Assembly: GCA_964016885.1 (NCBI GenBank)
Contig: OZ024740.1
Span: 361,584,001-361,648,000, forward strand
Length of the DNA stretch: 64,000 nucleotides
Origin: Eledone cirrhosa
Taxonomy: Eukaryota
Reading direction: 5' to 3'
Position numbers and translations under genes: made by a program
Notes under the pieces: model-generated
The model's database searches: none
The model's input: only the letters and a program-made list of their open reading frames with translations
Told to the model about the DNA's origin: nothing
In this document: piece by piece, positions 15,366 through 29,676 of the stretch
Numbering within the stretch: position 1 is the first letter of the stretch
How the letters are laid out: each line of letters starts with the position of its first letter

Positions 15366-15725
15366 GATAACGGCAATGATAATAGCAATTACAACAGCAA
15401 CAATACGTCCTTCAAAAATACAAGAAGCAAATATTACACCACAGAGAAGCCAAGACATGAATAGCATGCGTTACTAAGACAGCCTGGAAGTAGAACTGGC
15501 TGTTCATATCCGGAAGGCTTTTAATCACAGTTGTTTCTCAAGAGTACAAGAGCCGAGTACTGCACCGCAGAGAAGTCAAGGTATAAATAATATGCACAAG
15601 TCGTTGTATTGATATGAAGAAGAAAAGTGACCTGGATACAGCAGCGTGAATGGTAAAATAGTGTTTTGTGGTCTGTGGTTAATGAGGTCTCACTTTTCAG
15701 AAACGTGGATGTGTACGTGTAATAG

Positions 15726-15801
<76 letters not shown>

Positions 15802-15804
15802 ATA

Positions 15805-16345
15805 TGTCGGGTCACTCTTGAGTGCTACTGGTAACATGTAACCCAGTACAATCTATCGCATGGTCGGGTCGTCGGCGACTAAACCGGCAACCCCACCAAG
15901 TTTACTTGGCGAGGAGGGTGATTTTGGGACACCTTGCAGGACAAAAAACAAAACCTGATAAAGGGCGGAAGAACTCATAAGAGTTAACGGCCATCCAAAA
16001 GTGTGTAAATATGTATCTCCACATGTACCGCGCGGTTAAACCACTGGGAGGGAAGGACCCATAGCCTTTGTCAGGGCATTCATCTAGGAGAAAGGCAACT
16101 CAGGAAACTGGGATAACTCCGATATAAAACCTGTGGCTCAGTAGTTACCGATGATGTTGATCTTTTCTTCTTTTCGGGTTATAGCTACTGTTTCTCAGAG
16201 AGTGGGATTGGCTCAGTGCACAGTCTTTCCTCACTTTAAAAAATATCTTCACGCATAGGCATTGCACGATAGAATTAATTAATAATTATTAATAATGGTA
16301 TATCATGCAATGGCCATACTCGATAACGAGGGGGCAGCCATCATG
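15805..16345 (+). mobile_element. Non-autonomous RTE-derived element, subfamily 2
   Basis: Homologous to 55514-56114 and 35300-35648. Ends GCCATACTCGATAACGAGGGGGCAGCCATCATG(TATG). Confidence 0.75.
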
Positions 16346-16695
16346 TATGTATATATATACAGGCACATATATACATACACACACATAACGAAAGGTAATG
16401 TGTCTTTTAGTGAATATATGAATTATGTTTTATGCGCAGTTGCACAAATAGATAAGATATCTATAATAAAGAAGATATATATCCCCTGCTGACATTTCTG
16501 TATGTTTGCGAACATCTTCTATTCTGGTTTGCATTGGAATATTAATTCGATTAATCAGTCATTCTTGTGTTCATTCAGCTTGATCGCAATTCAGGCAACG
16601 GTAAGAAACACATTCCGCCAGCTCAGTGACATTTCGATGCAGTACTGCATTTGTGATGACACTTCATCTATGTCTGATATTGAATCTATCTATCT

Positions 16696-19600
16696 CCGGA
16701 TGGTATAGACGTGCTTCACATCGGCTCCGCGAGTATTGGAGATATTACGTGTTAACAGTAAGTGTTTGTCTGTATTCTTGCGTTATTGTGTTAATTAACC
16801 CCCTTGCCTGGGTCTTCGGACATTAGGGTTAATTTATTTCACCCCTTTTTTTGTGAAATTTTTCATCCTAAAAATTCTTGTAATTGTCTCTCCGCTAGTG
16901 GTAATGGAAGCCATTACCACAGGTAACGATGACACGCCCACTAAACAAACTGAAGGAGAGCGGGTAGCGGAGGCAACAAGCCTCCCTACTGAAAGAATAA
17001 TGATTATTAGAAACATTTAAAAAAATGGAGCCTAACCCTAATGAAAAAAATGTGAAAAAAATTGACTCGGAGAAATTGCCAAAATTAATGGATGCCGTTT
17101 CGACTTTTCACGGCGCCACGCCCACCAGCAAAGGTGAAAGAGAAGTAGTAGCTGTGACTACAAGTCTCTCGGATACTGAAAATATAAGTGAACATTTTGA
17201 AAAAATGGAGTCTAACCCCAACGGGAAAAAAAATGTGAACGCATACACCAACATAAATAACACAAACACAACAAAAAATGAAAATTGTAACAACAAAAAA
17301 CAAGAAAACCACTTTTCGAGAAATCTAAACAGAGAGGGGGCGAACAAAATGACCTTCGCGCAAAGCATAAAAAAAACTATCGTGTACGAACCTATTGACA
17401 TTTCGAACATGGCCCAGCAAATGGAAAATGCACGGAAGTATATAACTTTGGAGGAGAATGATCTATTTTCTTTAAATTGTCCCCCAGAGCTAAACAAGGA
17501 AAATAGCTTAAAAACTATTATTTATAGGACAATATCAAACAAAACCCGTAAGCCAGTACAACTCACACAGGGTTAACAGATCATCTGAAAAACATTGTAT
17601 TCATTCGGAAGGATAGACTCTACGGTAGTCTATCCATCCGAATGAAAGATAAGTTGACGGCCGAGAAACATTCCCTGGCCCCAATTGTGTCCCCCTTATT
17701 TACCTTCTTCCCCACTTATTTGGGAAGAAAAACACAAAGATTGACCATACACAGTATCGATCCAGATATTGATTTCTGGGCGGTACTGTGTGGCCTCCTC
17801 GAATTGAAAGAGGATGCAGTAATTTCGGTAGGTAAGTCTTTCAGCAACGTGTTCGGTGGAACTAACCTGCAAGTTCTGGTGCAAATGCAGCCAGAACAAA
17901 TTGCTAGGATCCCCGACCTCATATTGCTGGATGGGCTTGCCTACTTACACATCACAGTGGGGGTTAGACGACCCGCTTGTTACCTCTGTGGTGGCAGAGG
18001 TCACCTGAGGGCTGCCTGTTCCCAAGCAAACAAAAACACACCGATTTTGCCCACACCAACAACTACAACACTAACAACACAACCTCCACCACAAAAACAA
18101 CTAACACCACAAGTTAAAACACAACTGAAAACAATCCCACCCATCCCCCCACACAGAAAACAAATACAATAACACCCACACCACAAACACGAGGCGAAAA
18201 TGAACCCCTCTCCTCGAATACGGAAGATGACCCCCTTTCGTCGTCAGACGAGGGGTGGGGGGAACACTTTCATAAAGTTAAAAGAAAAAAAAGAAAACAC
18301 ACCACAGGAACACAAATACAAACAACCCCTCCCCAAGACATAACACAGACATCAACACAAAAAAACAGAACAGCAAACAAAAAACATCACGCAAAACGAA
18401 AAATTTGCATATACTTACTTAAATACAAAAAAAAACAAAAAACTGTTAAACATTATTTATAATAACAACTTAATAAAAACCGAAGGTTCGAATTTCGCAC
18501 AAGCAACGGGGCTTCCCATCTAAACATGATAAAAGCCCCAATGGACATTTACAAAACGTTAAAAGACACTTTTGAAGAGGACGTGGGGCCCCCTGCGTCA
18601 GACCCATTAACCGTGTCCTCCTAAAAAATCCCTGCCCAGACACCCACACAACTCCAAACATCCCAACCGCACCACACACTGATGCCCTTACACTTCCACA
18701 AACCACCACCCCACCCAACAACCCATCCCCCACCCCCATGGAAATTGTGCGGCCCGGTCCCCGGGACGCAGAGAGGTAAGTGCATTTTCCCTTTACCACC
18801 AACATAGCTGTGTTGAGAATAGGTTGTCTAAATGCGCGTGGCCTGTGCTCACCTTGGAAGCAAGCAATGCTTCTAAATGACCTCAGGTCACGATGTATAC
18901 ATGTGATGGTTATTTGCGAGGCCCGGATCAGCAGCGTGTGACAGCTGGCCCCCACCTTTGATGACTTTGAGATGTACGCATCTCTCTGTAAGCCCGAAGG
19001 TGGGACATTAGCAGTGGTGAAGGCGGAGCTTTTAGGCTGGTCGCCGTATACGGCCCTTTTGGGTCAACGCGGCCGGACTTCTTCCATCGTCTGGAAACTT
19101 TTCTAGGGACGTCCCGATCCTTGCTTTTAGTGGGGGACTGGAATGGTATCCTAGATGCACGTTGGGACTATGTAGGGGCATGTCCTGATAGAGGGGGTTG
19201 TAACAGCCTCAAGGGGTTAATCGACCGATTCGACCTGGCCGATAGATATCGCCTAGATTTTCCGACTGTGCCAACCTGGACTTGGAGAAACCACAGCGGT
19301 CAATCTAGATCGTACCTAGATAGGTTCTTAGTTAGACATAAGGATAAGGACTTTTTAAGTTGTCCAAAAATGCGCATGGTTGGCTATTCAGACCACAAGT
19401 TAGTGACCTCCATGGTCAACCTTGATAGAACGCATAGACAGGGAACCGGTTACTGGAAGCTCAACTTGTCCTTACCGGCAAGTAAAGCTTACAGGAACCG
19501 GATTAGTACATTAGTTAAGGAGCGGTTGACGGGCGCCATCGTCAACAGCAGGTGGTGGGGATATCTCAAAAGAGAGATTAGAGTAGCTTCAATAGGAGTT

Positions 19601-20528
19601 AGTAAGGAGTTAGCCTCAGATAGAAATAGGAAGGAAGGAAAGGGAGTTGGTAGATAGTGTAGAAGAGGCAATTAGAAGCGGCGACGTAGCCAGAGTGCTA
19701 GCGTTGAGAGCGGCCTTGGGCCAGTTCTTCGACGCGAAACACGAAGGCTGCGTTGTCCGAAGCAAAATACGTGCTCTGGGAAACGAGGGGACCAAAGCTG
19801 TTAGCTGGGCCCGTGTGACAGAAGCCAAAAGTGGGACTAGATCCACTATCCGGTCTTTGCGAGACCAGGATGGACGGTTGATCCTTGAACCTAAGCAGAT
19901 GTGCGAGGCCTTTCAAAGGCACTTTGCCCGATTGTTCGGAAGGGACGAGGGGCCGGATGGGGATGTGGACCTCGGTCCATACCTTGACGGCCTGCCGCGT
20001 CTTTCGGACGAGGAGGCGAAGTCCCGTGAAAGGCCGATCTCAGCTGCTGAAATAGGGGACGTGCTGAGCCAATGCGGCAGACGTAAATTACTGGGGTTCG
20101 ATGGTCTTCCATACGAACTGTATTTAAATATGCCGGACTTGTTCTTCGCTCTCCTCGAAGCGGTCTACTGCAACTGGCAACAGAACGGGAGAATTCCCTG
20201 TTCTGTGACCAAGGGCGTAGTCTCGCTAGTGAGGAAGGACGAGAACAAGGGGGATGAAATAAGTAATTTTAGGCCTATAACTGCTAAATGCAGAGTTAAA
20301 GATTTTGGCCAAGGTGTTACAAAGAGGTTGGCGCTTGTCATGGGCTACCTGGTGGGAGATGCGCAGACATGCGCCATCCCGTCTAGGTCAATTCACGACA
20401 ACCTCCATCTCATGCGATACATCATAGAGAGGGTTGGGAACGAACTCGGCTCTGGTGGAGCCCTGATCAACTTGAATCAATCTAAAGCGTTCGATAGGGT
20501 CGACCATCGTTACCTGGATGCGGTGCTA
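16696..20528 (+). mobile_element. Tx1-clade LINE copy A1: 5'UTR, ORF1 with CCHC knuckle, APE and N-terminal RT; 3'-interrupted
   Basis: ORF1 pieces 17025-17576 and 17642-18172 (CYLCGGRGHLRAAC). ORF2 motifs GCLNARGL, GDWNG, YLDRF, SDH, GYWKLN, QSKAFDRVDH. Begins immediately after ATCTATCTATCT (16684-16695). Confidence 0.9.
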
Positions 20529-23348
20529 GAAACAAAAAACTGTTAAACATTGTGTACAACAACAATTTGATAAAAACTCAAGGGCCTAACTTCACCCAGG
20601 CAGGGGATTTCCCCCACCTCAAAATGATTAAGGACTCAGAGGACACTTATAAAACACTAAAAAACAACTTTAAAGAGGACGTGGGCCCCCCTGCGTCGGG
20701 CCCATTAACCGCGTCCTCCTAAAAAACTACCCCACCGCCTCCCCAAACACCCACACAACTCCAAACACCCCAACCACACAACACACTGATGCCCCTACAC
20801 TTCCACAAACCACCACCCCACCCAACAACCCACCCCACCCTCATGGAAATTGTGCAGCCCGATACCCGGGATGCAGAGAGGTAAGTGCCTTTTCTCTTCA
20901 CCACCAACATGGTTATGCTAAGAGTAGGCTGTCTAAATGCGCGTGGCCTGGGCTCAACTTGGAAGCAAGCTATGCTTCTAAATGACCTCAGGTCACAACG
21001 TATAGATGTGATGGTTATTTGCGAGGCCCGGATCAGCAACGTGCGACAGCTGGCCCCCACCTTTGATGACTTTGAGATGCACGCATCTCTCTGTCAGCCC
21101 GGAAGTGGGGGTGGGGTTGTCGTTCTGCTGCAAAAACATCTGGGTCTCGCAACACAGACGGTACATTTGGACCCGGAGGGTCGACTAGTGGTTCTGGACC
21201 TTGGCAGCGGTGAAGGCGGAGCGTTTAGGCTGGTAGCCGTCTACGGCCCTTTCGGGTCAATGCGGCCGGACTTCTTCCATCGTCTGGAAACTTTTCTAGG
21301 GACGTCCCGCTCCTTGCTATTAGTGGGGGACTGGAATGGTATCCTAGATGCACGCTGGGACTACGTAGGGGCCTGTCCCGATAGAGAGGGGTGTAATAGC
21401 CTCAAAGGGTTAATCGGTCGATTTGACCTGGCCGATAGATATCGACTAGATTTTCCGACTGCGCCAACCTGGACTTGGGCAAATCGTAGTGGATCATCTA
21501 GGTCGTACCTAGATAGGTTCTTAGTTAGAAATAAGGATAAGGACTTTTTAAGTTGTCCAAAAATGCGCATGGTTGGCTATTCAGACCACAAGTTAGTGAC
21601 CTGCATGGTCAACCTTGAGAGAACGCATAGACAGGGACCCGGTTACTGGAAGCTCAACTTGTCCTTACCGGCAAGTAAAGCTTACAGGGACCGGATTAGC
21701 ACTTTAGTTAAGGAGCGGTTGACGGGCGCCATTGTCAACAGCAGGTGGTGGGGATCTCTCAAAAGAGAGATTAGAATTTAGTAAGGAGTTAGCCTCAAAT
21801 AGAAATAGGAAGGAAAGGGAGTTGGTAGATAGTGTAGAAGAGGCAATTAGAAGCGGCGACGTTGCCAGAGTGCTAGCGTCGAGAACGGCCCTGGGTGAAG
21901 TTGCTCGGAGTCTGGTTCGGACCAGACCTCCAAGTGGAGAAGAACTGGGGCGAGGTAACGAACAGGGTGTTTGCACTGACCCAGAAGTGGGCCGAGTGCA
22001 AACTGTCCCTGAAAGGTCGGGCGGAGGTGGCGAACACTTATATAACGTCCGTCATCTTCTACCGCCTGACCGTTGTGCCTTGCCCAAGGGAAACGCTCGC
22101 CAAAATGGAGCGCGCACTCTTCCAATTCCTTTGGAAGAAGCGGGCTCCTATGGTGAGGAGATCCATATGCTGTCAACACCCTTCGAAAGGAGGGCTGGGG
22201 ATGCCGTGGCTAATGATACGTAAACACGCATTAAGGCTACGGCACCTCCAGGTATTCCTCACCGGTCAACCGGTGTGGGCCCCGTTTGTGAGGCGATCCT
22301 TTCCCAGACTCGTCTCACTCACCGAGCTGCAATCCTGGATCAAGCAAAGACCGAGAAAACTGGGCGCCTGGCACACCGAGTGTGCCCAGGCGCTCACGGC
22401 TCTCTGGCAGGCGGACCCAGCTGTCAGTGGAGAATCCACCTCGTCATTCTATAGAGGGCTGGTGGTTAGCAGGTGCGACGACGCCCTCGGAGAAGCCCTA
22501 GGCATGGAGGAAGACGAACTGGCCAACCTGTTCGGTAGGACATTCAGCCCGGGACCCATGGATAACTTCCAGAGGTCCCTGGCCTGGCAGTACTACCGAG
22601 GGGCTCTGCCCGTTCGAGAAAGGTTCTACAGACTCGAGCGCCCGGGTAGGGACCCCTCGAAAAAGATCTGTCCCAGATGCGTGTGCGACGAGGAAACCGT
22701 TGCACACGCATTGGTACACTGCTCGGGCATTGCCGATCTGTGGGGCTATGTAGAACAACTGCTGTCAAGAGTGGGACCGATCCGGTTGACCACCGAGTCT
22801 ATTGTAACGATCAAGCCGCCACCCCTCTTCAAAAACGAAGGAGAGGCGGTGTTTCTGTGCGTAATAGCCATGGCGAAAGAGGTTGTATGGTGGACGCGTC
22901 TGAAAGGACTGAGGTCAGACACCTTTCTCTCTGGCCAACAACTGGTCCGTTTCTTCCGATATCATTTCGGAAGAAGGATCAGGATGGAGAGAGAGGTGCT
23001 GCACCCCAGCCGTTTTTATGAAAGATGGGTGAAAGTGGCGAGAATGGCCCGTGTGACTGGGCCTTCACTCTACATCAGACTATAGGTGAGGAAGATGAAA
23101 GATCAAGGGAGCACCCCCTCTCTGTGCTCCTGAGGAGAAGGGTTGCACACTTTTTTCGGGGGTGTGTGCGAGCCCCCAAGGCACCTCCTCCCTATTGAGG
23201 ATTTTGTTATAAAATTTATTTTGTTATATTTATTTTATTTTTATATTTTGTTATTGCCTCCTCCTTATTGAGGACGCCTTTTCATGTAAACTCCCCCCTT
23301 TGTACTTGTCCCACTTTTTGATGCCCTGGTGGCAAATAAAAAGAAAGT
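20529..23348 (+). mobile_element. Tx1-clade LINE copy A2: 5'-truncated, RT deleted internally, intact 3' end
   Basis: 20529 restarts at the sequence matching 18433. APE ORF 20885-21781. Jumps near 21894 to the post-RT region 21895-23085 with a CxxC..H..C finger. 3'UTR ends GGCAAATAAAAAGAAAG. Confidence 0.9.
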
Positions 23349-23380
23349 TATCTATCTATCTATCTATGTATCTATCTATC
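23349..23380. repeat. (TATC)n tract between Tx1 copies
   Basis: Direct reading. Confidence 0.95.
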
Positions 23381-26300
23381 TTATAAAAACAAAAATTATT
23401 GTTTTAAAAAAATATACCACTGTATAGATTGACCCTCCGACTAAATTGGCAGTGGGTGGGTCATTGAAATTTTGCCCCAAGAAAAAACACAACTTCACAA
23501 ATGAACTCCACAACCACAAATCAAGCAATTGAGAACAACAAAACAACAACAACGACAACAATGACAACAACAGCAACCATAAAAAATCTTTTGCCACAAT
23601 ACGCAAAGAAACTTTTACAAATATTGATATTTCCAATGCGAAGGAAATGATCAATGAAGGAAAAAAATATATTACCTTCGAGGAAAAAGGGGGATTTAAA
23701 ATAACCTTCCGCCACAAGTCAAAGCCGACACTATGCGAAGGATTGTGATTTTTCGGATGATTTTTAACAAACAAAAAAAAAACCGGCTTTCCTTACTCAA
23801 GGCGAAATTGAAATCGTCTTGAAAGAGGCAATGCTACACATACACTTCATACAAAGGGCTAAACTATATGGAAGCATTTCGGTGCTCTTCAAAAGTGAGG
23901 CCCTTGCGAAAAAATACTCAGTGACCCCGGTCACCTCTGCTACACACCTTTTCCCCTACATACATGGGAAAAAGAACACAAAGAATAAACATCACCAATA
24001 TACCACCCAACATTAACATCTGGTGGATTCTGGCAGGGTTCTTGGAGGAAGATGAAGACACAATACTGTCGATTCAAACATCCACAAGAAACACCTGGAA
24101 CGGCACAAGCTTGGACATTTTGGTCCAAATGAAACCGGACAGAATTTCCAAGATATCAGAAAGGGTGCCAGTAGACAATACCAATTACATCCACATTTCG
24201 GCAGATGGGGGGAGGCCACGTTGTTTTAAATGCGCGAGCACATCGTATTTAAAGGCCTCCTGTCCCCTCTTACAAACAAACACCCCCCAAAAAGTACTTT
24301 TACCAACACCAACTCCAAAACCACCACCACAACAACAACACACAAAACAAGCAAACACACAAAAACAAACAACTGTTCAACCACAAACAACAGAAAAAAC
24401 ACAAACAATTCCCCTGAAAAACACAGTCCCACCTCATCCCACTCCATCCAACACCATCACCACACAACATACCCTTCCCATACACCCCTGATGACGATTC
24501 ATCACCAGACAAGGCTACTTCTCCATCCCCAAGTGAAGATGGAGAGGCTCGTAAATAAAAAAACAAAACAAAAAAAGAGACACCACAAAGCCACAAAAAC
24601 ACCAACACAAACACACAACCACCAACACAAATAACAACACAAACACCACCACAATCACCCCTCCCCCCTGAAAAACAAACACCAACACCACCCCAAACAT
24701 AAATGCCCACCATAAAAAGAAAACTACAAAATGAACAACAAACCAAAACAACACAACAAAAAAAAAAACAAACAACAATACACATACATTAACACAAACA
24801 ACAAAAACCTAATGAAGGTCATCTCCCCAGAGCCCAAAGTAGAAACTGAGGGGAAAACTTTTGTAAAAGCAAACTCGCAACCACACCTAAAACTAATAAG
24901 GGTTTCGATAGAGACCTATCAGACATTGAAAGAAAAGTTTTCACAGGACGTTGGCAACCCCTGCCAAAACCAAATAAACCGTGTCCTGTTGAAATGTTTC
25001 CCCACCCTACTCAACACCCCCACCAGAACTGAAATGGAGATTAAACAACCCGATCTCCAGGAAACGAAAAGTTTAGTGCACCTTTTCGTCCTTTTTGCCA
25101 ACTCTTCTCCACCAACAACTTACGAGTTGGAAGCGTGAATCTGCGTGGCCTAAGGATGCCCTGGAAACAGGGCCAACTTTTAAACGACCTTAGGTCACAC
25201 GGTATAGATGTAATAGCCATCACCGAGTCCAGGATCCCCAACAGGCAGCAACTAACCCCATCTTCAATTACTTTGAGATCTACGCATCTCTCTGTCAGTC
25301 GAGAGGTGGAGGGGGAGTGACTGTCATGTTTCAGAAAAAACCTGGATCTCGAAATACAGCAAGTACACTTGGACCCGGAGGGTAGATTGGTAGTCCAAGA
25401 CGTGAACAGTATTGGAGATGGAGCCTTCAGACTGCTGGCCGTTTATGCCCCGACCGGGCAATCACAATCGCGGCCAGACTTCTTTAAGCGTCTGGAGTCT
25501 TTTCTGGGAACGTCTCGCTCCTTGCTTTTAGTGGGGGACTGGAATGGTATCCTAGATGCACGATGGGACTATGTGGGAGCATGTCCCAGTAGAGCGGGGT
25601 GCAACAGCCTCAATAATCTAATCGGCCAATTCCAACTGGCCGATAGATATCTACTAGATTTCCCAACTGCACCACAGTGGACGTGGGCAAACCGTAGCGG
25701 GACATCTAGATCGTATCTAGATAGGTTTTTCATTAGAGAAAAGGACAAGAAGATGTTAAACTGTCCACAAATGCTCATGGTTGCCTATTTAGATCACAAA
25801 CTAGTCGCCTGTATAGTCAACCGTGATAGAATACATAGACAAGGACTCGGATACTGGAAGCTGAACGTGTCGTTGCCGGCACGAAAAGCCTACAGTGAAC
25901 GGATAAGTAGATTAGTTAAGCAAGAGTTGACGGAAGCCATCGTCAACAATAGATGGTGGTACTCTCTCAAGAGAGCAATTAGAGTAGAATCGAGAGGGTT
26001 TAGCAGAGAATTAGCTTTAGAGAAAAACAAATCAGAAACAGAACTAGTAGCCAAAGTAGAAGAGGCGCTTAGGAGTGGCAACGCAGCTAGAGTGCTAGCA
26101 TCGAGAACGGCACTGGACCAGTTCTTCGACGCGAAACACGAAGGCTGTGCGGTCAGAAGTAAATCACGTGCTCTAGGAAACGAGGGAGCAAAAGCTGTTA
26201 GCTGGGCCCGAGTGGCGGAAACGAAAAGTGGCAACAAGTCCACGATTCAGTCTTTGAAAGATCAAAACGGACGCGTTCTATTTGACCCCAGGCAGATGTG

Positions 26301-28786
26301 CGCAGCCTTTCAGCAGCATTTTGCGCAACTGTTTGAGCAGAACGACGGTGCACCGAACGGGGCAATGGACTTTGGTTCATAACTCGACGGCTTGCCGCCT
26401 CTCTCGAGCATGGACGCAGAGTTCTGCGAAAGACCGATCACAGCCACTGAGATATGGGACGCTCTGGGCCGCTGCGGGAAACGCAAATCATCCGGTCTAG
26501 ATGGTCTACCCTATGAGCTTTACATAGGCATGCCGGACTTGTTCTCTGGCGTCCTCGAAGCCGTCTACTGCAATTGGCAGCAGAACGGGACAATTCCCAG
26601 TTCTGCAGGCAAGGGCGTAGTAACACTGATCAGGAAAGACGAAAACAAGGGGGACGAAATAAACAATTTCAGGCCCATAACTCTGCTAAACACAGAGTTA
26701 AATATTTTGGCCAAGGTGCTAGCAACGAGGCTGGCGCTTGTCGAAAACCTGGTAGGGAAAGCGCAAACGTGTGCAATCCCGACCAGGTCCATACACGACA
26801 ACCTCCACCTCATGCGATACATCATAGAGAGGGTGGGGTGTAAACCCGGCTTCGGTGGGGCTCTGATCAATTTAGATCAGTCTAAGGAATTCGATAGGGT
26901 CGACCATCGATACTTGGAAGCGATTCTCAAGGCGGCCGGTTTCGGTCCCGTTTTCAGAGGCTGGATCAAGGCGATGCACACCAGAATCTGCTCGAAGGTC
27001 AAGGTGAACGGCTACCTATCGGATTCGTTCGCAATCACGCGTTCCATTCGACAGGGATGCCCTCTCTCCTCCATTCTGTACATAGTGGCTCTAGAGTCAA
27101 TACTCTAGAGCCACTACTGCGGAAGTTGGAGCTTTTGCAGGGCATCCCTTTAGAACCGGGATTGCGAAAAGCGGCGCCAGCTTATACCGACGACGTGACG
27201 GTAATGGTGTCGAAAACCTCGGAAATCGAGGTAATCGGCAACCAACTACATGAATGCGAAAGGTTCACAGGAGCAAAACTGAACCCGGACAAGTCTGCAG
27301 GTTTGCAACTCGGAACGTGGAGAGACAAATCGATGCCGTCCGACAGTGTAGTCGGACGGAAGGACCAGTGAAATTGCTCGGGGTCTGGTTCGGTCCAAAC
27401 CTCTAGGTGGAGAAAAACTGGAACGAGGTCATGGCCAAGGTATTTGCGCTCATCCAGAAGTGGGCAGAGTGGAAACTGTCTTTGAAAGGTCGAGCGGAGG
27501 TGGCGAACACTTTCATAGCATCCGTCATCTACTACCGCTTGACTGTCGTGCCTTGTCCCCGTGAATATCTCACCAAGATGGAACGAATGCTCTTCCAGTT
27601 CCTGTGGAAGAAGCAGGCTCCACTGGTGAGGAGATCCGTCTGCTGTCAACACCCTTCCAACGGAGGGCTGGGCATGCAGTAGCTAATGATGCGCAAACAT
27701 GCGTTGAGGCTACGGCATCTTCAGGTATTCCCCACCGACCAACCGGTGTGGGCACCGTTTGTGAGACAGGCCTTCCCACAACTTGTCTCGCTGACGGAGC
27801 TGCAGTCCTGGGTCAAGCGAAGACCGAAGAAGATGGGCGCCTGGCACATTGAATGCACCCAGGCGCTCACAGTCCTCTGTCAAGCGGGCACAGCAATCAG
27901 TGGAGACTCCACTTCGACATTCTATAGAGGGTTAGTACTTTACAAGTGCGACGACGTGCTCGGGGAGACTCTAGGCGTCGAAGACGACGATCTCACCAGT
28001 CTGTTCGGTAGGACTTTCCGCCCGGGACCTATGGACAACTTCCAGAGGTCCCTGGCCTGGCAGTGTTACTGAGGAGCTCTACCCGTTCGAGATAAGATCT
28101 ACAGGCACGGACGCCCCGGCAGGGATCCTTCCAAGAGGACGTGTCCAAGATGCGAGCAGGACATTGAAACCGTCTTGCACGCAATTGTACACTGCCCGGG
28201 CGTAAGCGACCTGTGGAACTATGCAGAACAACTGCTGTCGCGTATGGGACAAATCCAGTTGACTGCCGAGTCCATAGTAAGGATCAAACCGCCAGCCTCT
28301 TTCAAAAACGAAAGAGAGGCGGTTTTTCTCTGTACAGTGGCATGGTGAAAGAGGTTATATGGTGGACGAGATTGAGAGGACTGAGGACAGATGCCTTTCT
28401 CTCCGGACAACAATTGATTCTCTTCTTTAAGTATCACTTTAGAAGAAGAATCAGAGTGGAGAGAGAGGCACTGCACCCCAGTAAATTTACTGAAAGGTGG
28501 GTGAATGAAGCGAAAATGGCCCGAGTGATTGGGCCTTCTCTGTTTATAAGCCTGTAGATTAAGAAGAAAGCAAAAGGGAGCACTTGCACAACGCGCTCCT
28601 GAAGTTGAGAGTTGTTCTATCGACGGGGTATTAAACAACCCATTTGTGGCATCTCCCCCCTATTGGGTATTTCGATTGTTATAATTGTTTGTTTTATATA
28701 TTTTTTTACACGACTGTATGTAAAATCCCCGGCATGTGACTTTTTATTGTCCCCTTTTCTTGTGCGCCCTTGTGGCAAATAAAGAA
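23381..28786 (+). mobile_element. Tx1-clade LINE copy B (related subfamily), near full-length, decayed
   Basis: ORF1 remnants (CFKCASTSYLKASC), APE 25135-26382, RT 26392-27371 (QSKEFDRVDH, IRQGCPLS, AYTDD), C-terminal finger, 3' GGCAAATAAAGAA. Confidence 0.92.

Positions 28787-28860
<74 letters not shown>
28787..28860. repeat. (ATCT)n tract at the Tx1 3' end
   Basis: Direct reading, about 18 units. Confidence 0.95.
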
Positions 28861-29585
28861 ATAATGCTTATATAGGAGCCACCTCTGGCTCGTTCAAAAC
28901 TAGATTTCGAACGCATCTCCACTCTTTTAGAAACAAAAAGCTAAGATACTCCACATCACTCGCCAACTACATCACAACATTGAAAGACTCCAACATTAGC
29001 TTCTCCACATACTGGGAAATTGTCAGCAGGGCAACACCGTACAACTTCAAGAGGAAGTGCCAGCTCTGCCTCATGGAACTTTACCATATCGTAAGAGCAC
29101 CCCCAGAACTCATCAACAGAATCTGTGATAAACTGCAGACACAGAATATAGCAGTCATTCTTGGTTGGACCCCGGTTGAGACCTGAACACCATAAACTGG
29201 GTCCCCCTGCACCAAACCATCACGCGCCGGCGGGAAGGTTGCATAACTAAACATCGTTACACTAACTATGCCTCTTAGATCCTGCTGGACTAGGCAGCAG
29301 TAAAGTGGCACCCATAAAACAGTAGTGGAAAACAACCCTCATGTGAACGGATAATAAGCCATTTAGAGACATTTATTAAAACACCGGTCAGAGTTACTCC
29401 CCTTGCTCTGTGACAATAACAACCATGTCTGTTTGAATCAAGAATGAACTTCGATGTGACTATTTTCTTAAACCCCCTTCTGGGTTCTATACTGAACACT
29501 CTAGATTTGTATGCCCTTGAGAAGCCCTTTTCGGGCGAAACGTACGTAGGTACTATTGTATAAACATGTTCTAACAGTATGTATT
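28861..29585 (+). mobile_element. Penelope-like element 3' remnant (GIY-YIG plus pLTR)
   Basis: AYIGATSGSFKTRFRTHLHSF...WEIVSRATPY..CQLCLME (stop 29186). Hammerhead in the 3' region. Ends in TA repeats. Confidence 0.85.
29509..29553 (+). ncRNA. Hammerhead ribozyme, U3-A8 core variant
   Basis: gtatgccc-TTGAGAA-gccc tttt cgggc-GAAA-cgtacg-TA-ggtac. Confidence 0.7.
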
Positions 29586-29608
29586 CTCCTTTGTAATCCT
29601 TTCATTTA

Positions 29609-29676
<68 letters not shown>

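Noticed and set aside
16650-16680. Box C/D snoRNA (GTGATGA...CTGA)
   Set aside because: The boxes are only about 15 nt apart and there is no terminal stem.
23381-23470. 5' inversion (twin priming) of Tx1 copy B
   Set aside because: Only weak similarity of the reverse strand to the A1 5' region, so it cannot be supported without a consensus.
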